Shown here piece after piece: positions 37,855-49,958 of a stretch of DNA of 64,000 nucleotides. The number at the start of each line of letters is the position of its first letter. The first letter of the stretch is position 1. Under the pieces are notes generated by a model. The model had not been told where the DNA came from. It searched no databases and saw only the letters and a list, made by a program, of their open reading frames with translations. The DNA is from Actinomycetota bacterium. GTDB lineage: Bacteria; Actinomycetota; Actinomycetes; Nanopelagicales; Nanopelagicaceae. Location of the stretch: contig VGAJ01000003.1 in the NCBI GenBank assembly GCA_016870795.1, positions 13,236 to 77,235 of the forward strand, read 5' to 3'. A program made the translations under genes and the position numbers.

Positions 37855-39205
37855 AAGAGCAAGGCTGCGCTGGCTCTCTCTTCTTCTCTGCGCATTCTTT
37901 CTACTCCCACTTGCACCTGCCCAATCAAATGAGCCCTATCGCATAACAGTGATGTCAAGAAATATCTATCTTGGCGCAGATGTTGGGGTGGCACTGGATT
38001 TGATTCCAAATTTTCCAGCCGCAGCTCAATTTATGTGGGATCAGATGAAGCAGACAAATTTCAAAGCTAGAGCTCCAAAATTAGCTAATGAAATCCTTCA
38101 AGATCGCCCAGAAATAATAGGGATTCAAGAGGCAACTTCTTGGCGATGCAAGAAAGATTTCTTTGGCCCAGACGTTGAAATCTATAACTTCCTTGATGAC
38201 TTGCTAGCTGCTACAAAGAGTGCAGGAATTTCTTACTCAATAGCCTCTGCCAACGGCGTCAAAGCCTTTAATCCAGGCTATTCAATTGGCGCTATTCCCT
38301 ACCTAACTAAAGTAGTTGATCCAGAAGTTTTTTATCCAATATTTGGTCAAGATAGTGCGGCCTGCGGCTTTGTTATTGGCGATGCTCTCTTAGTGCGAGA
38401 CGATGTGAAATCTCAGATAATCCAAGTTGGAAATAGCGAATATGAAGCAAGTTATTCCATAGTTCCAGTATTGATGAAGATCTATCGTGGATATAGCTGG
38501 GCTGATTTTAAGGTTCAGGACTCAGTGGTTAGGGTCATTACAACCCATCTTGAATCAATCTGGGATGAGAATAAGATTCCAAATTCTGCTATTCAGGCTC
38601 AGCAATTAGTCGCTGATCTAAAAGATGCCAAGATGCCAATTATCATTCTTGGCGATTTCAATGCCGATTATCGAGATCCAAGAGGAGTTGATGAAGCTAA
38701 CCCAGGTGAGCAACCAGTTGTTAGTGATACTTGTCCAACTTCTGGTGGAGCTAAGTGCAACGCTTTCTCGACAATGATTGAGGCCGGATTTGAGAATGCT
38801 TCACCTGATGCAAAGAACGCGCGCTACTTCACCTGGGGAGCATCAGCTCTTCTAGATGGCCCTGATAAGAAGCGAGCAAAGATTGCTAAGCAACTTGGTA
38901 ATCAATATGGATTTACAGATCGCCTTGATTATATTTTCACTAAAAATGTTTATGCCACAGTAAGTTCAAAGATAATTGGCAATGTTTGGCCAGATGGCTC
39001 TGGAGTGTGGAACTGTGGGAGCAAGATTTGTTTCCCTTCAGATCATGCTGGAGTTGTTTCAACTATCGAATTACCAAGAATGGCAGGAGCGATCGATCCA
39101 GTTCTAGATAGTCACGCAAAATCAGCTTTCACACCATGGTATTTGGCAGCAGGTGTAATTCTGCTAATTCTTATCTGGCGTATTACTCGTCGTTTAAGGC
39201 GGTAA
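37841..39205 (+). CDS. exported endonuclease/exonuclease/phosphatase (EEP) family protein with a C-terminal membrane anchor
   Basis: Signal peptide MAILKRARLRWLSLLLCAFFLLPLAPAQS. EEP motifs IIGIQEATSW, ILGDFNAD and PSDHAGV. The C-terminus is a TM plus basic tail, WYLAAGVILLILIWRITRRLRR. The start is chosen at ATG 37841; the track ORF begins at 37802. Confidence 0.75.
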   Translation: MAILKRARLRWLSLLLCAFFLLPLAPAQSNEPYRITVMSRNIYLGADVGVALDLIPNFPAAAQFMWDQMKQTNFKARAPKLANEILQDRPEIIGIQEATSWRCKKDFFGPDVEIYNFLDDLLAATKSAGISYSIASANGVKAFNPGYSIGAIPYLTKVVDPEVFYPIFGQDSAACGFVIGDALLVRDDVKSQIIQVGNSEYEASYSIVPVLMKIYRGYSWADFKVQDSVVRVITTHLESIWDENKIPNSAIQAQQLVADLKDAKMPIIILGDFNADYRDPRGVDEANPGEQPVVSDTCPTSGGAKCNAFSTMIEAGFENASPDAKNARYFTWGASALLDGPDKKRAKIAKQLGNQYGFTDRLDYIFTKNVYATVSSKIIGNVWPDGSGVWNCGSKICFPSDHAGVVSTIELPRMAGAIDPVLDSHAKSAFTPWYLAAGVILLILIWRITRRLRR

Positions 39206-39299
39206 TTGAGCCCGGTTTTGCGCTTCTAATTGCCTTTAGGTAGCCTTCGCATCACTTAAGGCGAGGGGGAATCCCCCGTTATCGACGAAAGGCAAGAAA

Positions 39300-39947
39300 A
39301 TGGCTGAAGTTTCAATCAAAGGCGCGCTCCGTAATGAATTCGGAAAAGGCGCATCAAGAAGAATCCGTCGCGATGGCAGCGTTCCAGCAGTTATCTATGG
39401 ACATGGTGAGAAGCCAATACACATCTCCCTTCCAGCGCGCGAAGTTGGAATAGCAATGAAGACTTCGAACGTTCTTCTAAATGTTGATTTAGGTGAGAAG
39501 CAAGAGCTAGTGCTTCCCAAGTCAATCGTTCGTAATCCTCTTAAAGGAACTCTGGAACATATTGATTTAATTATTGTTCGTCGTGGTGAGCGCGTTGTAG
39601 TTCACGTGCCAGTTCACACCCATGGTAAGTACGATCCAGAAGGTATTTTGGAGCACGTACATAACACGATTGAAGTTGAAGTCGATGTCACCTCAATCCC
39701 AACATCACTTGATCTTGATATTGAAGGCTTGATGGCAGGAGATTCAAAGTCAGCATCAGAGGTAACTCTTCCTGCAGGCGTAATTCTTAAGAGCGATCCA
39801 AAGATGACCGTTATCCATCTATCGGTTCGCGTGGCGTTTGAAGAAGTTGTCGCTGTCGCTGCTACCCCAGCTGAAGGTGAAGCTGCATCTGCTGACGCTG
39901 CTGCTCCTGCTGAAGGTGCACCTGCTGAGGAGAGTAAAGAAAAATAA
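39300..39947 (+). CDS. rplY: 50S ribosomal protein L25 / Ctc (long form)
   Basis: ASRRIRRDGSVPAVIYGHG, two-domain length (215 aa) and an Ala/Pro/Glu-rich tail. Confidence 0.9.
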   Translation: MAEVSIKGALRNEFGKGASRRIRRDGSVPAVIYGHGEKPIHISLPAREVGIAMKTSNVLLNVDLGEKQELVLPKSIVRNPLKGTLEHIDLIIVRRGERVVVHVPVHTHGKYDPEGILEHVHNTIEVEVDVTSIPTSLDLDIEGLMAGDSKSASEVTLPAGVILKSDPKMTVIHLSVRVAFEEVVAVAATPAEGEAASADAAAPAEGAPAEESKEK

Positions 39948-39964
39948 AGGGCTAACCTTGCTCC

Positions 39965-40582
39965 ATGTTTGGCAGATCAAACAAGGATAAAGGCGGAGCT
40001 TCTCCTAACCGATGGCTATTAATTGGCCTCGGTAATCCTGGCAAAGAGTATGAAAAGACGCGCCATAATATTGGCGCGGCTGTAGTTTCAGAGTATGCCA
40101 AGAAAGCTGGAGTTAAGTTTTCATCTCACAAATCTCGTGCAGATATTGCTGAGATTAGCATTGGAGTTGGCGCTCAACGAGTCTTGCTAATTGCAGCAAC
40201 CCTTCGCTGTTATATGAATGAATCTGGCGGTCCAACAAGCTCTCTTGCTAACTTCTTTAAGGTCAGTAGTGATCACATAATCATCGCTCACGATGAGTTA
40301 GATATACCGTTTCAATCTATTCGTATTAAGTACGGCGGTGGCGATAATGGCCATAATGGCCTTAAGAGCGTTACCTCTGGACTTTCTAGTTCTGATTACT
40401 ATCGCATAAGACTTGGTATTGGCCGGCCAATCGGCGAGCAAGATCCAGCTGACTTTGTCTTAAAGCCTTTCTCATCTACTGAGCGAAAAGACTTAGATCT
40501 ATTCTTGCAAAGAGGTATTGATGCTGTTGAGCTTCTTATTACGCAAGGAATTGAGAAGGCTCAAAACTCCTTCAATAAGTAA
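39965..40582 (+). CDS. pth: peptidyl-tRNA hydrolase
   Basis: Motifs LLIGLGNPGKEYEKTRHNIG, AHDELD and GHNGLKS. Confidence 0.92.
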   Translation: MFGRSNKDKGGASPNRWLLIGLGNPGKEYEKTRHNIGAAVVSEYAKKAGVKFSSHKSRADIAEISIGVGAQRVLLIAATLRCYMNESGGPTSSLANFFKVSSDHIIIAHDELDIPFQSIRIKYGGGDNGHNGLKSVTSGLSSSDYYRIRLGIGRPIGEQDPADFVLKPFSSTERKDLDLFLQRGIDAVELLITQGIEKAQNSFNK

Positions 40583-43273
40583 TCAACCAGTATTTCTAAG
40601 TCCTGCAGCCACGCCATTAATCGTTAATAGTAATGCTCTAGTGTTTAAGGGATCACTACTTCCCTCACGGACTTTCTTTAGAAGAGATATTTGTAATAAA
40701 TGAAGCGGAGCAAGGTAGGCATCACGAACTTGAAGAGTTTGAGCAAGAATTTCTTGATCGGCCAAAATATCTTTCTTGCCAGTTAGTAGCAAAATCTCGT
40801 TAACAGTTAATTCAAACTCTGCCTTGATGTCATCGAAGAAGTAATGAAGTGAGGGATCAACTAAGGCCGAAACATATTTACTAGCCATCTCTAAATCAGT
40901 TTTAGCGATGGTCATCTCCACATTGCTTATAAATGTTCTAAAGAAGTGCCAATCTTTTAGCATCGCTGCCATGCTCGATGAGTGGCCTGCTAAGCGAGCG
41001 GCCTTAAGGCCACTTCCCACTCCATACCAGCCAGGGACAATCTGTCGTGATTGAGTCCAACCAAAAACCCAAGGAATTGCTCGAAGTGATGACAAATCGG
41101 CGCTTGCATCCGGCCTTCTTGAGGGGCGAGAGCCTAAAAAGAGATTTCCCAGCTGTTCAACAGGAGTTGATTGATAAAAATAATTAGCTAGTTCTGGGTT
41201 TTCAACTAGCGAGCGATATCTAGTAAAGGCCGCTGAGCTAATTGATTCCATCGCTGAATTCCACTTGGCAAGATCTTCTGAAGATTGACGAGCAGAGCGA
41301 TTAAGTATCGTTGCCTCGAGCGCTGCAGCAAGAGTTAATTCAACATTCTCTCTTGCAAGAGCTGGAAGTGCGTACTTATCTGAGATGACTTCGCCTTGCT
41401 CAGTCATTTTAATCTGTCCATCTAGAGTTCCCCAAGGAAGAGCGATGATGGCGTCATAAGTTGGTCCGCCGCCGCGCCCAACAGATCCACCGCGACCATG
41501 AAATAGTCTTAACTTAACGCCATATTTTCCAGCAACGTCTCTTAGTTTTCGCTGCGCCTGATGGATCTCCCACTGGCTGGTAGCAATACCTGCATCTTTA
41601 TTTGAATCGGAATAGCCAAGCATTACCTCTTGAATGTCGCCACGTAATTTCACATATTGGCGATAAATTTTGTTATTTAAGAGTTTTTCTAAAATATCTC
41701 CAGCTGCTCTAAGTTCAGCAACAGTTTCAAGTAGAGGTGCAACATCAATATCAGCCTTTCCACTTTCAATATCTACAAGTCCAGCTTCCTTAGCTAGATA
41801 TAGCGCAGCTAAGACATCTTCATGGCCTTTTGTCATTGAGACTATATAGGTTTCAATTACCGATGGATCAAAACTTGCTTGTAGCTCTTTTATTGCCACA
41901 AAAGTTCTAAGAGTCTTTCCATCAATCTCGCTCAATTTTGAACTATCTCGCCTAGCTTGGGTGAGTTCATGGGTAAGAAAATCAGCTTTTTCTTCAGGGG
42001 AGAGTTGTAAATAATTACTATCGCTAAAAAGTGATTGAATCGTATTGGTATGAGCCTGAGAGTGCTCTCTTACATCCATAGTTGCGTGAGTCAGACCAAA
42101 TGCTGAGATTGTTCGTATGGTGCGCTCCAGTAAGCCTTTGGCTATTAACTCGCCACGATTTTGCATCAGTGAGTCATACATCAACATCAAATCATCAATC
42201 AGCTCTTTGGTATTTGCATAATCACGCCCTGCTTGATGCTCGGTGCGATTTTGGTGTCTACTTCTAGTCAAAAGCAAGCGATGACCAATTGCAGTGGCTT
42301 TGAGTCGGTAAGGCTCTTCAACATTTATTCTTCTAAAACGAGGCTCAATTTCTGGCAGATTCTCTAAATCTTTTGCAACAGAATCAAGTAGTTGCTTTGA
42401 TGTTCCAGCAATCTTTGTTGAAACAGATAAGGCCTGACGAAGATCATCCATTACTTCATTTAGAACTCTTATGGCATGGCCCATCTGGAGCACAATTGCA
42501 TCTTTGGTGACCTCAGGAGTTATGTTTGGATTACCGTCTCGATCTCCACCAATCCAAGAGCCGAATTTTAGAACTGAATCTCTTGGCGAAACTGTTATCC
42601 CAAGCCTTGAAATTTCCCGAGAGAAGTCTTCAAGAACTTCAGGAATTGTTAGTCGGAATAGATCGTCTAGATAGTAAAGAGCATTTATTGCTTCATCAAG
42701 TGGCTCTGGTCTACCAAGTCTTAACTCATCGGTTTGCCAGAGAAGATCTACCGATTCAGCAAGACGTCGGTCACGAGTTGGGCTATCACTTTTATCTAAT
42801 AACTCAGAGATAGTCGAGAGTTTTCCAAGAACTGAGCGACGAGCAGCTTCAGTTGGGTGTGCTGTAAATACTGGTCGAACTTGAAAATTCTTCAACCACT
42901 TTTCAATATCTTGACTTGTAAAGCCTTCAGAAGTTTTACCCGCAGCCAAGATGTTATCGACAGCTCTACTTAACCAGGAGCCACCCTTAATACGCTCTTT
43001 TGCCAGAATTCTTGAGCGGTGAACTTGTTCAGCAACGTTTGCTAAATTGAAGTAGACATTAAATGCTCTTACTAATTTCACTGATTGATCTGCTGATATT
43101 AATTGAAGGAGATCTTCGCCCCCGCCTTCGCGCACTGACTTTCTAACCAGCTCCACTAAATCAAGAAGCTCTTGACCATCTTGGCGAGCTAGAGATTGGC
43201 CTAAGAGATCGCCTAAACGGCGGACATCACTTCGAAGTGAGAGATTTTCTTCGGCAGAAGTAGGCACGGACAC
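40583..43273 (-). CDS. ppc: phosphoenolpyruvate carboxylase
   Basis: 896 aa, with FTAHPTEA, MLGYSDSNKDAG, LFHGRGGSVGRGGGP and the C-terminal GLRNTG. GTG start. Confidence 0.95.
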   Translation of the reverse strand: MSVPTSAEENLSLRSDVRRLGDLLGQSLARQDGQELLDLVELVRKSVREGGGEDLLQLISADQSVKLVRAFNVYFNLANVAEQVHRSRILAKERIKGGSWLSRAVDNILAAGKTSEGFTSQDIEKWLKNFQVRPVFTAHPTEAARRSVLGKLSTISELLDKSDSPTRDRRLAESVDLLWQTDELRLGRPEPLDEAINALYYLDDLFRLTIPEVLEDFSREISRLGITVSPRDSVLKFGSWIGGDRDGNPNITPEVTKDAIVLQMGHAIRVLNEVMDDLRQALSVSTKIAGTSKQLLDSVAKDLENLPEIEPRFRRINVEEPYRLKATAIGHRLLLTRSRHQNRTEHQAGRDYANTKELIDDLMLMYDSLMQNRGELIAKGLLERTIRTISAFGLTHATMDVREHSQAHTNTIQSLFSDSNYLQLSPEEKADFLTHELTQARRDSSKLSEIDGKTLRTFVAIKELQASFDPSVIETYIVSMTKGHEDVLAALYLAKEAGLVDIESGKADIDVAPLLETVAELRAAGDILEKLLNNKIYRQYVKLRGDIQEVMLGYSDSNKDAGIATSQWEIHQAQRKLRDVAGKYGVKLRLFHGRGGSVGRGGGPTYDAIIALPWGTLDGQIKMTEQGEVISDKYALPALARENVELTLAAALEATILNRSARQSSEDLAKWNSAMESISSAAFTRYRSLVENPELANYFYQSTPVEQLGNLFLGSRPSRRPDASADLSSLRAIPWVFGWTQSRQIVPGWYGVGSGLKAARLAGHSSSMAAMLKDWHFFRTFISNVEMTIAKTDLEMASKYVSALVDPSLHYFFDDIKAEFELTVNEILLLTGKKDILADQEILAQTLQVRDAYLAPLHLLQISLLKKVREGSSDPLNTRALLLTINGVAAGLRNTG

Positions 43274-43376
43274 GGGCTAATAATGGCACGATAGAATTAA
43301 GCCGCGTTTTACAGATAAGCCCCTTTCATCTTGGAAGCAGCACCCCTGCCCTCTATGAAATCGGGGCTAATCGGCG

Positions 43377-46300
43377 TTGAGCGTAATTCAAGAGACGAGG
43401 GAGCAAATCAAAGTGAGTGGAAAGCTAGCGGGCTTTATCTCGCTATCTGAAACAACAGAGCTTGCCTTGGAGCAGAGTGACGTTGCAGTAATCGCTCCAG
43501 CACCAGCTCTTCCATTCCTAATTGCTGAAAGAAGTAAAAAAGCTCCGCAGTTAGTAATCACTCATTCAAGTTCTAGAGCATCAGAGATTGCTCTGCAATT
43601 ATCGGAGCTAGTAGATCAGGTAGCAGAATTTCCAGCTTGGGAGAGTTTGCCTCATGAACGCCTAAGTCCGAACAGCGATACTGTGGCAAGACGAATAGAT
43701 ACCCTGATAAATCTAGGTGAAACTAGAGTTGTAGTAACAACTGCAAGAGCTTTACTACAACCAATTAATCAAGAAATTATTGAAATGCCGATGTTAAGCA
43801 TTCAAAGCGGCAAGCAACAAAACTTTTCAGAGCTGATTCAAGAGCTAACCCACCGGGCCTATAGCCGAGTAGATATGGTGGAGAAGCGCGGAGACTTTGC
43901 AGTAAGAGGCGGAATTATTGACCTATTTCCACCACTTGCAGATCATCCAGTGCGTATTGAATTCTTCGGTGACGAGATAGAGGAGATTAAGTATTTTGAA
44001 GTTAGCGATCAAAGAACCTTTGCATTAGTAGACGGAAGCCTTAATCTCATTCCTTGTAGAGAGTTGATTCTTACTCCAGAGGTAGCAGAACGAGCACAGA
44101 AATTAGCAATCAAATATCCAGAAATAAGTGAAATCTGTAATAGGGCTACAGAGGGAATTTATAGTCAAGGCCTTGAATCATTACTTTCAGTTTTATCCAA
44201 GAAGTTGGTGCCGCTACTAGAACTCCTTCCTAAGGGCTATGAAGTAATAAGTCTTGATCAAGAGCGAATTGCTCTACGAGTCAGAGATTTAATAAGCACT
44301 AATGAAGAGTTTCTTGAAGCTGCTTGGTCTAGCGCTTCCCTTTCTCAAGGCGGTGACGAAAGCTTTAACACACCGCTTCGCAAGGATCTATCTTCCGGTG
44401 GCTTTTTAGAATTAGATGAAGTCACTGCATACGCCGAAGATAATAGGATTACTTGGCGCCATATCAACTCATACGGCACTCCAGAAGATCTACAGATCAA
44501 TCAATTTATCGCTGTAGAGCCATTTAAAAGTAATTTTGAAAAGTTAATCCAGCAAGTAAAAACATGGATTAGCCAAGGATTTTTAGTGGTCATCTCCTTA
44601 GAAGGCATTGGAATTCTTGAGCGTTATCGAGACATATTTGCAGATGGCGATCTCGCTGTTGCTTTAGTTGAAAAGTTAAGTTCTGATCTATCGCCGGATA
44701 AGCTCTATTTAACATCCACCGTAATTCGCAATGGATTTATTGATCAAGAGCAGAGGATTGTCTTTATTACTGAAGCTGACATCACTGGAAATAAAGACCT
44801 GCGTGCAGCAACTTCACGGATGCCGTCCAAGAGGAAGGCAAGCATTGATCCTCTCGAGCTAAAAAGCGGTGATTATGTGGTTCACGAACAACACGGTGTT
44901 GGAAGATATCTTGAATTAGTGCAGCGAGATGTTGCAGGAATTTCCCGGGAGTATTTGGTAATTGAATATGCCTCTTCAAAGAAAGGCCATCCTGCAGATC
45001 GTATCTATGTGCCAACTGATTCTTTAGAGCAGATCACGCGCTATATCGGTGGTGAAGCTCCAGCAGTTCACCGCATTGGAGGTGGAGAGTGGATTAAAGC
45101 AAAGAGTCGAGCCAAGAAAGCGGTTAAGGAAATCGCTGGCGAATTGATTCGTCTTTATGTGGCAAGAACTAGTGCTCCTGGATTTGCATTCTCACCTGAC
45201 ACCACGTGGCAGCGAGAACTCGAGGACTCCTTTGCCTATGTTGAAACCCCAGACCAATTAGTGACTATTAATGAAGTCAAAGAGGATATGCAACGTCCCT
45301 ATCCAATGGATCGAATTATCTGTGGCGATGTGGGATATGGAAAGACGGAAATTGCTATTAGGGCAGCATTCAAAGCAGTTCAAGATGCAAAGCAAGTTGC
45401 AGTTTTAGTCCCAACAACACTTCTTGCTCAGCAACACCTGGCAACATTTACCCAGCGTTATAGTGGATTTCCAATAACTGTTTCAGCTCTATCGCGCTTT
45501 GCATCAAGTAAGGAGATTAGTGAAACGCTAGCCGGCCTTGCTAGTGGAGGTGTAGATATCGTCATCGGCACCCATAGATTGCTCTCAGATGATGTTGCTT
45601 TTAGAGATTTAGGTTTGATTATTGTTGATGAAGAACAAAGGTTTGGCGTTGAGCATAAAGAGAAGTTAAAGAAATTGAGAGCAAGTGTTGATGTTTTATC
45701 CATGTCTGCAACTCCGATTCCTCGAACTCTAGAGATGGCCATTACAGGCATTCGGGAAATGTCCACAATAGCTACGCCACCAGAGCAGCGTCATCCAGTT
45801 CTTACCTATGTTGGCGCATATGATGAAAAGCAAGTAGCAGCAGCGATTCATCGAGAACTACTGCGAGACGGCCAAGTCTTCTATATTCACAATCGTGTGG
45901 AGTCAATTGACGATGTAGCGGCCAAGATTAGACGGTTGGTGCCTCAGGCAAGTGTGGCTATCGCTCATGGGCAAATGAGTGAAGCAAATTTAGAGCAGGT
46001 GGTTGTAGGTTTCTGGAATCGCGAATTTGATGTTTTAGTTTGCACCACAATTGTTGAAAATGGCATAGATGTCGCAAATGCTAATACTCTAATTGTTGAG
46101 CGCGCAGATCTCTTTGGACTATCTCAACTTCATCAACTTCGAGGAAGAGTTGGACGCTCACGAGAGCGCGCTTATGCCTACTTCTTCTATCCAATCGATA
46201 GAGCCATGAGCGAAGTGGCACTTGATCGATTAAGCACAATTGCTCAGAACACCGAACTTGGAGCCGGAATGCGCGTGGCTCTTAAAGATTTAGAGATAAG

Positions 46301-46907
46301 AGGAGCAGGAAATCTGTTAGGCGGCGAGCAATCTGGTCATATTGCAGATGTGGGATTTGATTTATATATGCGTATGGTCGGAGATGCTGTTAATGAGTAC
46401 AAAACAGGATTTATAGATGGCGGGCAAGAATTAACTGATTGTAAAGTTGAATTGCCAGTCACCGCTCATCTCTCTGCTGAATATGTTCCATCAGATCGGC
46501 TCCGACTTGATCTATATCGAAGACTTGCAGATACAAAGGATGAGGATGAGATTACAAAAATCGGTGAGGAGTTAAGTGATCGCTTTGGCGTTCTTCCTAA
46601 AGAGGCCGAGAACTTGCTGCGCATAGCTCGACTGCGCACTTATTTAAAGGAGCGAAAAATTCAGGACTTTGCAGTACAGGGTCGCTACGTAAAGATCGCA
46701 CCACTTGTGCCGAGTGAATCGTTAGAGTTGAAAATTCAGCGCCTTTATCCTGGGTCAATTGTGAAGTCGGTTACCCAAGTTGTGATGATTGCTCGTCCGC
46801 AAACTGCTGCCTGGGTATCAGAGGCGGAGGAAATGGGGGATACTTCTCTCATTGATTGGGCGGTTGAGTTATCCAAAACTCTTCTTGAGCGCCCCTTAGG
46901 AAAGTGA
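43377..46907 (+). CDS. mfd: transcription-repair coupling factor
   Basis: 1176 aa, with the CarD-like DYVVHEQHGVGRY and helicase motifs GDVGYGKTEIA and IVDEEQRFGV. TTG start at 43377; the start is not certain. Confidence 0.93.
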   Translation: MSVIQETREQIKVSGKLAGFISLSETTELALEQSDVAVIAPAPALPFLIAERSKKAPQLVITHSSSRASEIALQLSELVDQVAEFPAWESLPHERLSPNSDTVARRIDTLINLGETRVVVTTARALLQPINQEIIEMPMLSIQSGKQQNFSELIQELTHRAYSRVDMVEKRGDFAVRGGIIDLFPPLADHPVRIEFFGDEIEEIKYFEVSDQRTFALVDGSLNLIPCRELILTPEVAERAQKLAIKYPEISEICNRATEGIYSQGLESLLSVLSKKLVPLLELLPKGYEVISLDQERIALRVRDLISTNEEFLEAAWSSASLSQGGDESFNTPLRKDLSSGGFLELDEVTAYAEDNRITWRHINSYGTPEDLQINQFIAVEPFKSNFEKLIQQVKTWISQGFLVVISLEGIGILERYRDIFADGDLAVALVEKLSSDLSPDKLYLTSTVIRNGFIDQEQRIVFITEADITGNKDLRAATSRMPSKRKASIDPLELKSGDYVVHEQHGVGRYLELVQRDVAGISREYLVIEYASSKKGHPADRIYVPTDSLEQITRYIGGEAPAVHRIGGGEWIKAKSRAKKAVKEIAGELIRLYVARTSAPGFAFSPDTTWQRELEDSFAYVETPDQLVTINEVKEDMQRPYPMDRIICGDVGYGKTEIAIRAAFKAVQDAKQVAVLVPTTLLAQQHLATFTQRYSGFPITVSALSRFASSKEISETLAGLASGGVDIVIGTHRLLSDDVAFRDLGLIIVDEEQRFGVEHKEKLKKLRASVDVLSMSATPIPRTLEMAITGIREMSTIATPPEQRHPVLTYVGAYDEKQVAAAIHRELLRDGQVFYIHNRVESIDDVAAKIRRLVPQASVAIAHGQMSEANLEQVVVGFWNREFDVLVCTTIVENGIDVANANTLIVERADLFGLSQLHQLRGRVGRSRERAYAYFFYPIDRAMSEVALDRLSTIAQNTELGAGMRVALKDLEIRGAGNLLGGEQSGHIADVGFDLYMRMVGDAVNEYKTGFIDGGQELTDCKVELPVTAHLSAEYVPSDRLRLDLYRRLADTKDEDEITKIGEELSDRFGVLPKEAENLLRIARLRTYLKERKIQDFAVQGRYVKIAPLVPSESLELKIQRLYPGSIVKSVTQVVMIARPQTAAWVSEAEEMGDTSLIDWAVELSKTLLERPLGK

Positions 46908-46914
46908 GAATCCT

Positions 46915-47511
46915 GTGAAGAAATTTCTAGCTCCCATTATCGCCATATTGGCGCTAGCTCTATCTTCCTGTTCTCAGGTCGATTCAGCAGCAACTATTGG
47001 AGATGAGAAGATAACAATTGCTGCGCTACAAGACCAAGTGGACTTAATCCTTGCAGAGCGTGAAGGTATTGATACAACTCAGATGAGTCTTGAAAGTGGA
47101 GAGGCTTTAACTCGCGCACAACTTTCCTACATGATCTCTAATTTAATTATTAATGAAGTTGCAAAAGAAGAGAAGATTGAAATAGATCAGGCAGAAATTG
47201 ATGCCTACAAGATTGAGATCTATGCCAATATCGGAGGCGAGGAAAACCTTCCGAATGTACTTGTGAGCGCTTCAATTCCCTCAACATCTCTAGATAATGT
47301 CCTTCGTAGGGATTTAATCCTTCGCAAGATAACTGATGGCGCAATTGCATCGGGTGTTAGCGAAGCTGAGATTAATGACTTAGTCCAAAAGATTGTCACC
47401 AATAAAGCAAAAGCTCTTAACGTTGAGGTTAATCCTCGATATGGCACCTGGGATTCAACGAGTTTAACTGTTGTTGCTAAAGAGCCTGCCGGCGATGCTG
47501 TTAATGATTAA
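46915..47511 (+). CDS. lipoprotein with a SurA N-terminal-like chaperone domain
   Basis: GTG start. The signal peptide has the lipobox ALALSSC. It is a 198-aa helical acidic protein. The domain call is tentative. Confidence 0.55.
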   Translation: MKKFLAPIIAILALALSSCSQVDSAATIGDEKITIAALQDQVDLILAEREGIDTTQMSLESGEALTRAQLSYMISNLIINEVAKEEKIEIDQAEIDAYKIEIYANIGGEENLPNVLVSASIPSTSLDNVLRRDLILRKITDGAIASGVSEAEINDLVQKIVTNKAKALNVEVNPRYGTWDSTSLTVVAKEPAGDAVND

Positions 47512-47529
47512 CTAGAAAAGCGCTTCAAG

Positions 47530-49472
<1,943 letters not shown>

Positions 49473-49502
49473 GCAATAACTTAGAGCAAATAAGGAGAGG
49501 CT

Positions 49503-49949
49503 ATGAAGCGCAGCAAAATCTCGCTTCCTAAGACTCTTGAGAGTTTTGCCGCAAAACGAGGAATCTCAACTCGATTATTGATTCTCTTTCTAGTTCTATT
49601 TATTGTTGCCGTTACTCTTGCCCCTCCAACGCAGCAGTATTTTGCGCAGAGAGCGCAAATAAGCGCCCTTGAAGCAGATCTAGATTCCAACTATAAAAAA
49701 TTAGAAGCAGCAAGAGCTGAGCTACAAAGATGGCGTGATCCAGATTATGTAAAGAGTGAGGCAAGAAATCGACTCCACTTTGTTCTGCCAGGTGAGCGGC
49801 AATACATAATTTTGGGAGCAAAACCAACAATCGACCCTGAAGCCCAAGGAGCTGCTCCAATCAATCAAGATTTTCCATTAGGAGTTCCTTGGTATTCCAG
49901 AGTTATTTCATCAATTACCTCAGTCGGAGTCGGCGTAACCACGCCGTAG
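49503..49949 (+). CDS. ftsB: septum formation initiator (FtsB/DivIC family)
   Basis: AAGGAGAGG lies before the ATG. It has a single TM (LLILFLVLFIVAVTLA) followed by a coiled coil (AQISALEADLDSNYKKLEAARAELQRW). Positioned downstream of eno as in the conserved synteny. Confidence 0.8.
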   Translation: MKRSKISLPKTLESFAAKRGISTRLLILFLVLFIVAVTLAPPTQQYFAQRAQISALEADLDSNYKKLEAARAELQRWRDPDYVKSEARNRLHFVLPGERQYIILGAKPTIDPEAQGAAPINQDFPLGVPWYSRVISSITSVGVGVTTP

Positions 49950-49958
49950 TACTTAGTT

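Noticed and set aside
43274-43371. 8-nt direct repeat GGGCTAAT at both edges of the ppc/mfd divergent intergenic region.
   Set aside because: A single short repeat is compatible with chance, and there is no associated structure or mobile-element signature.
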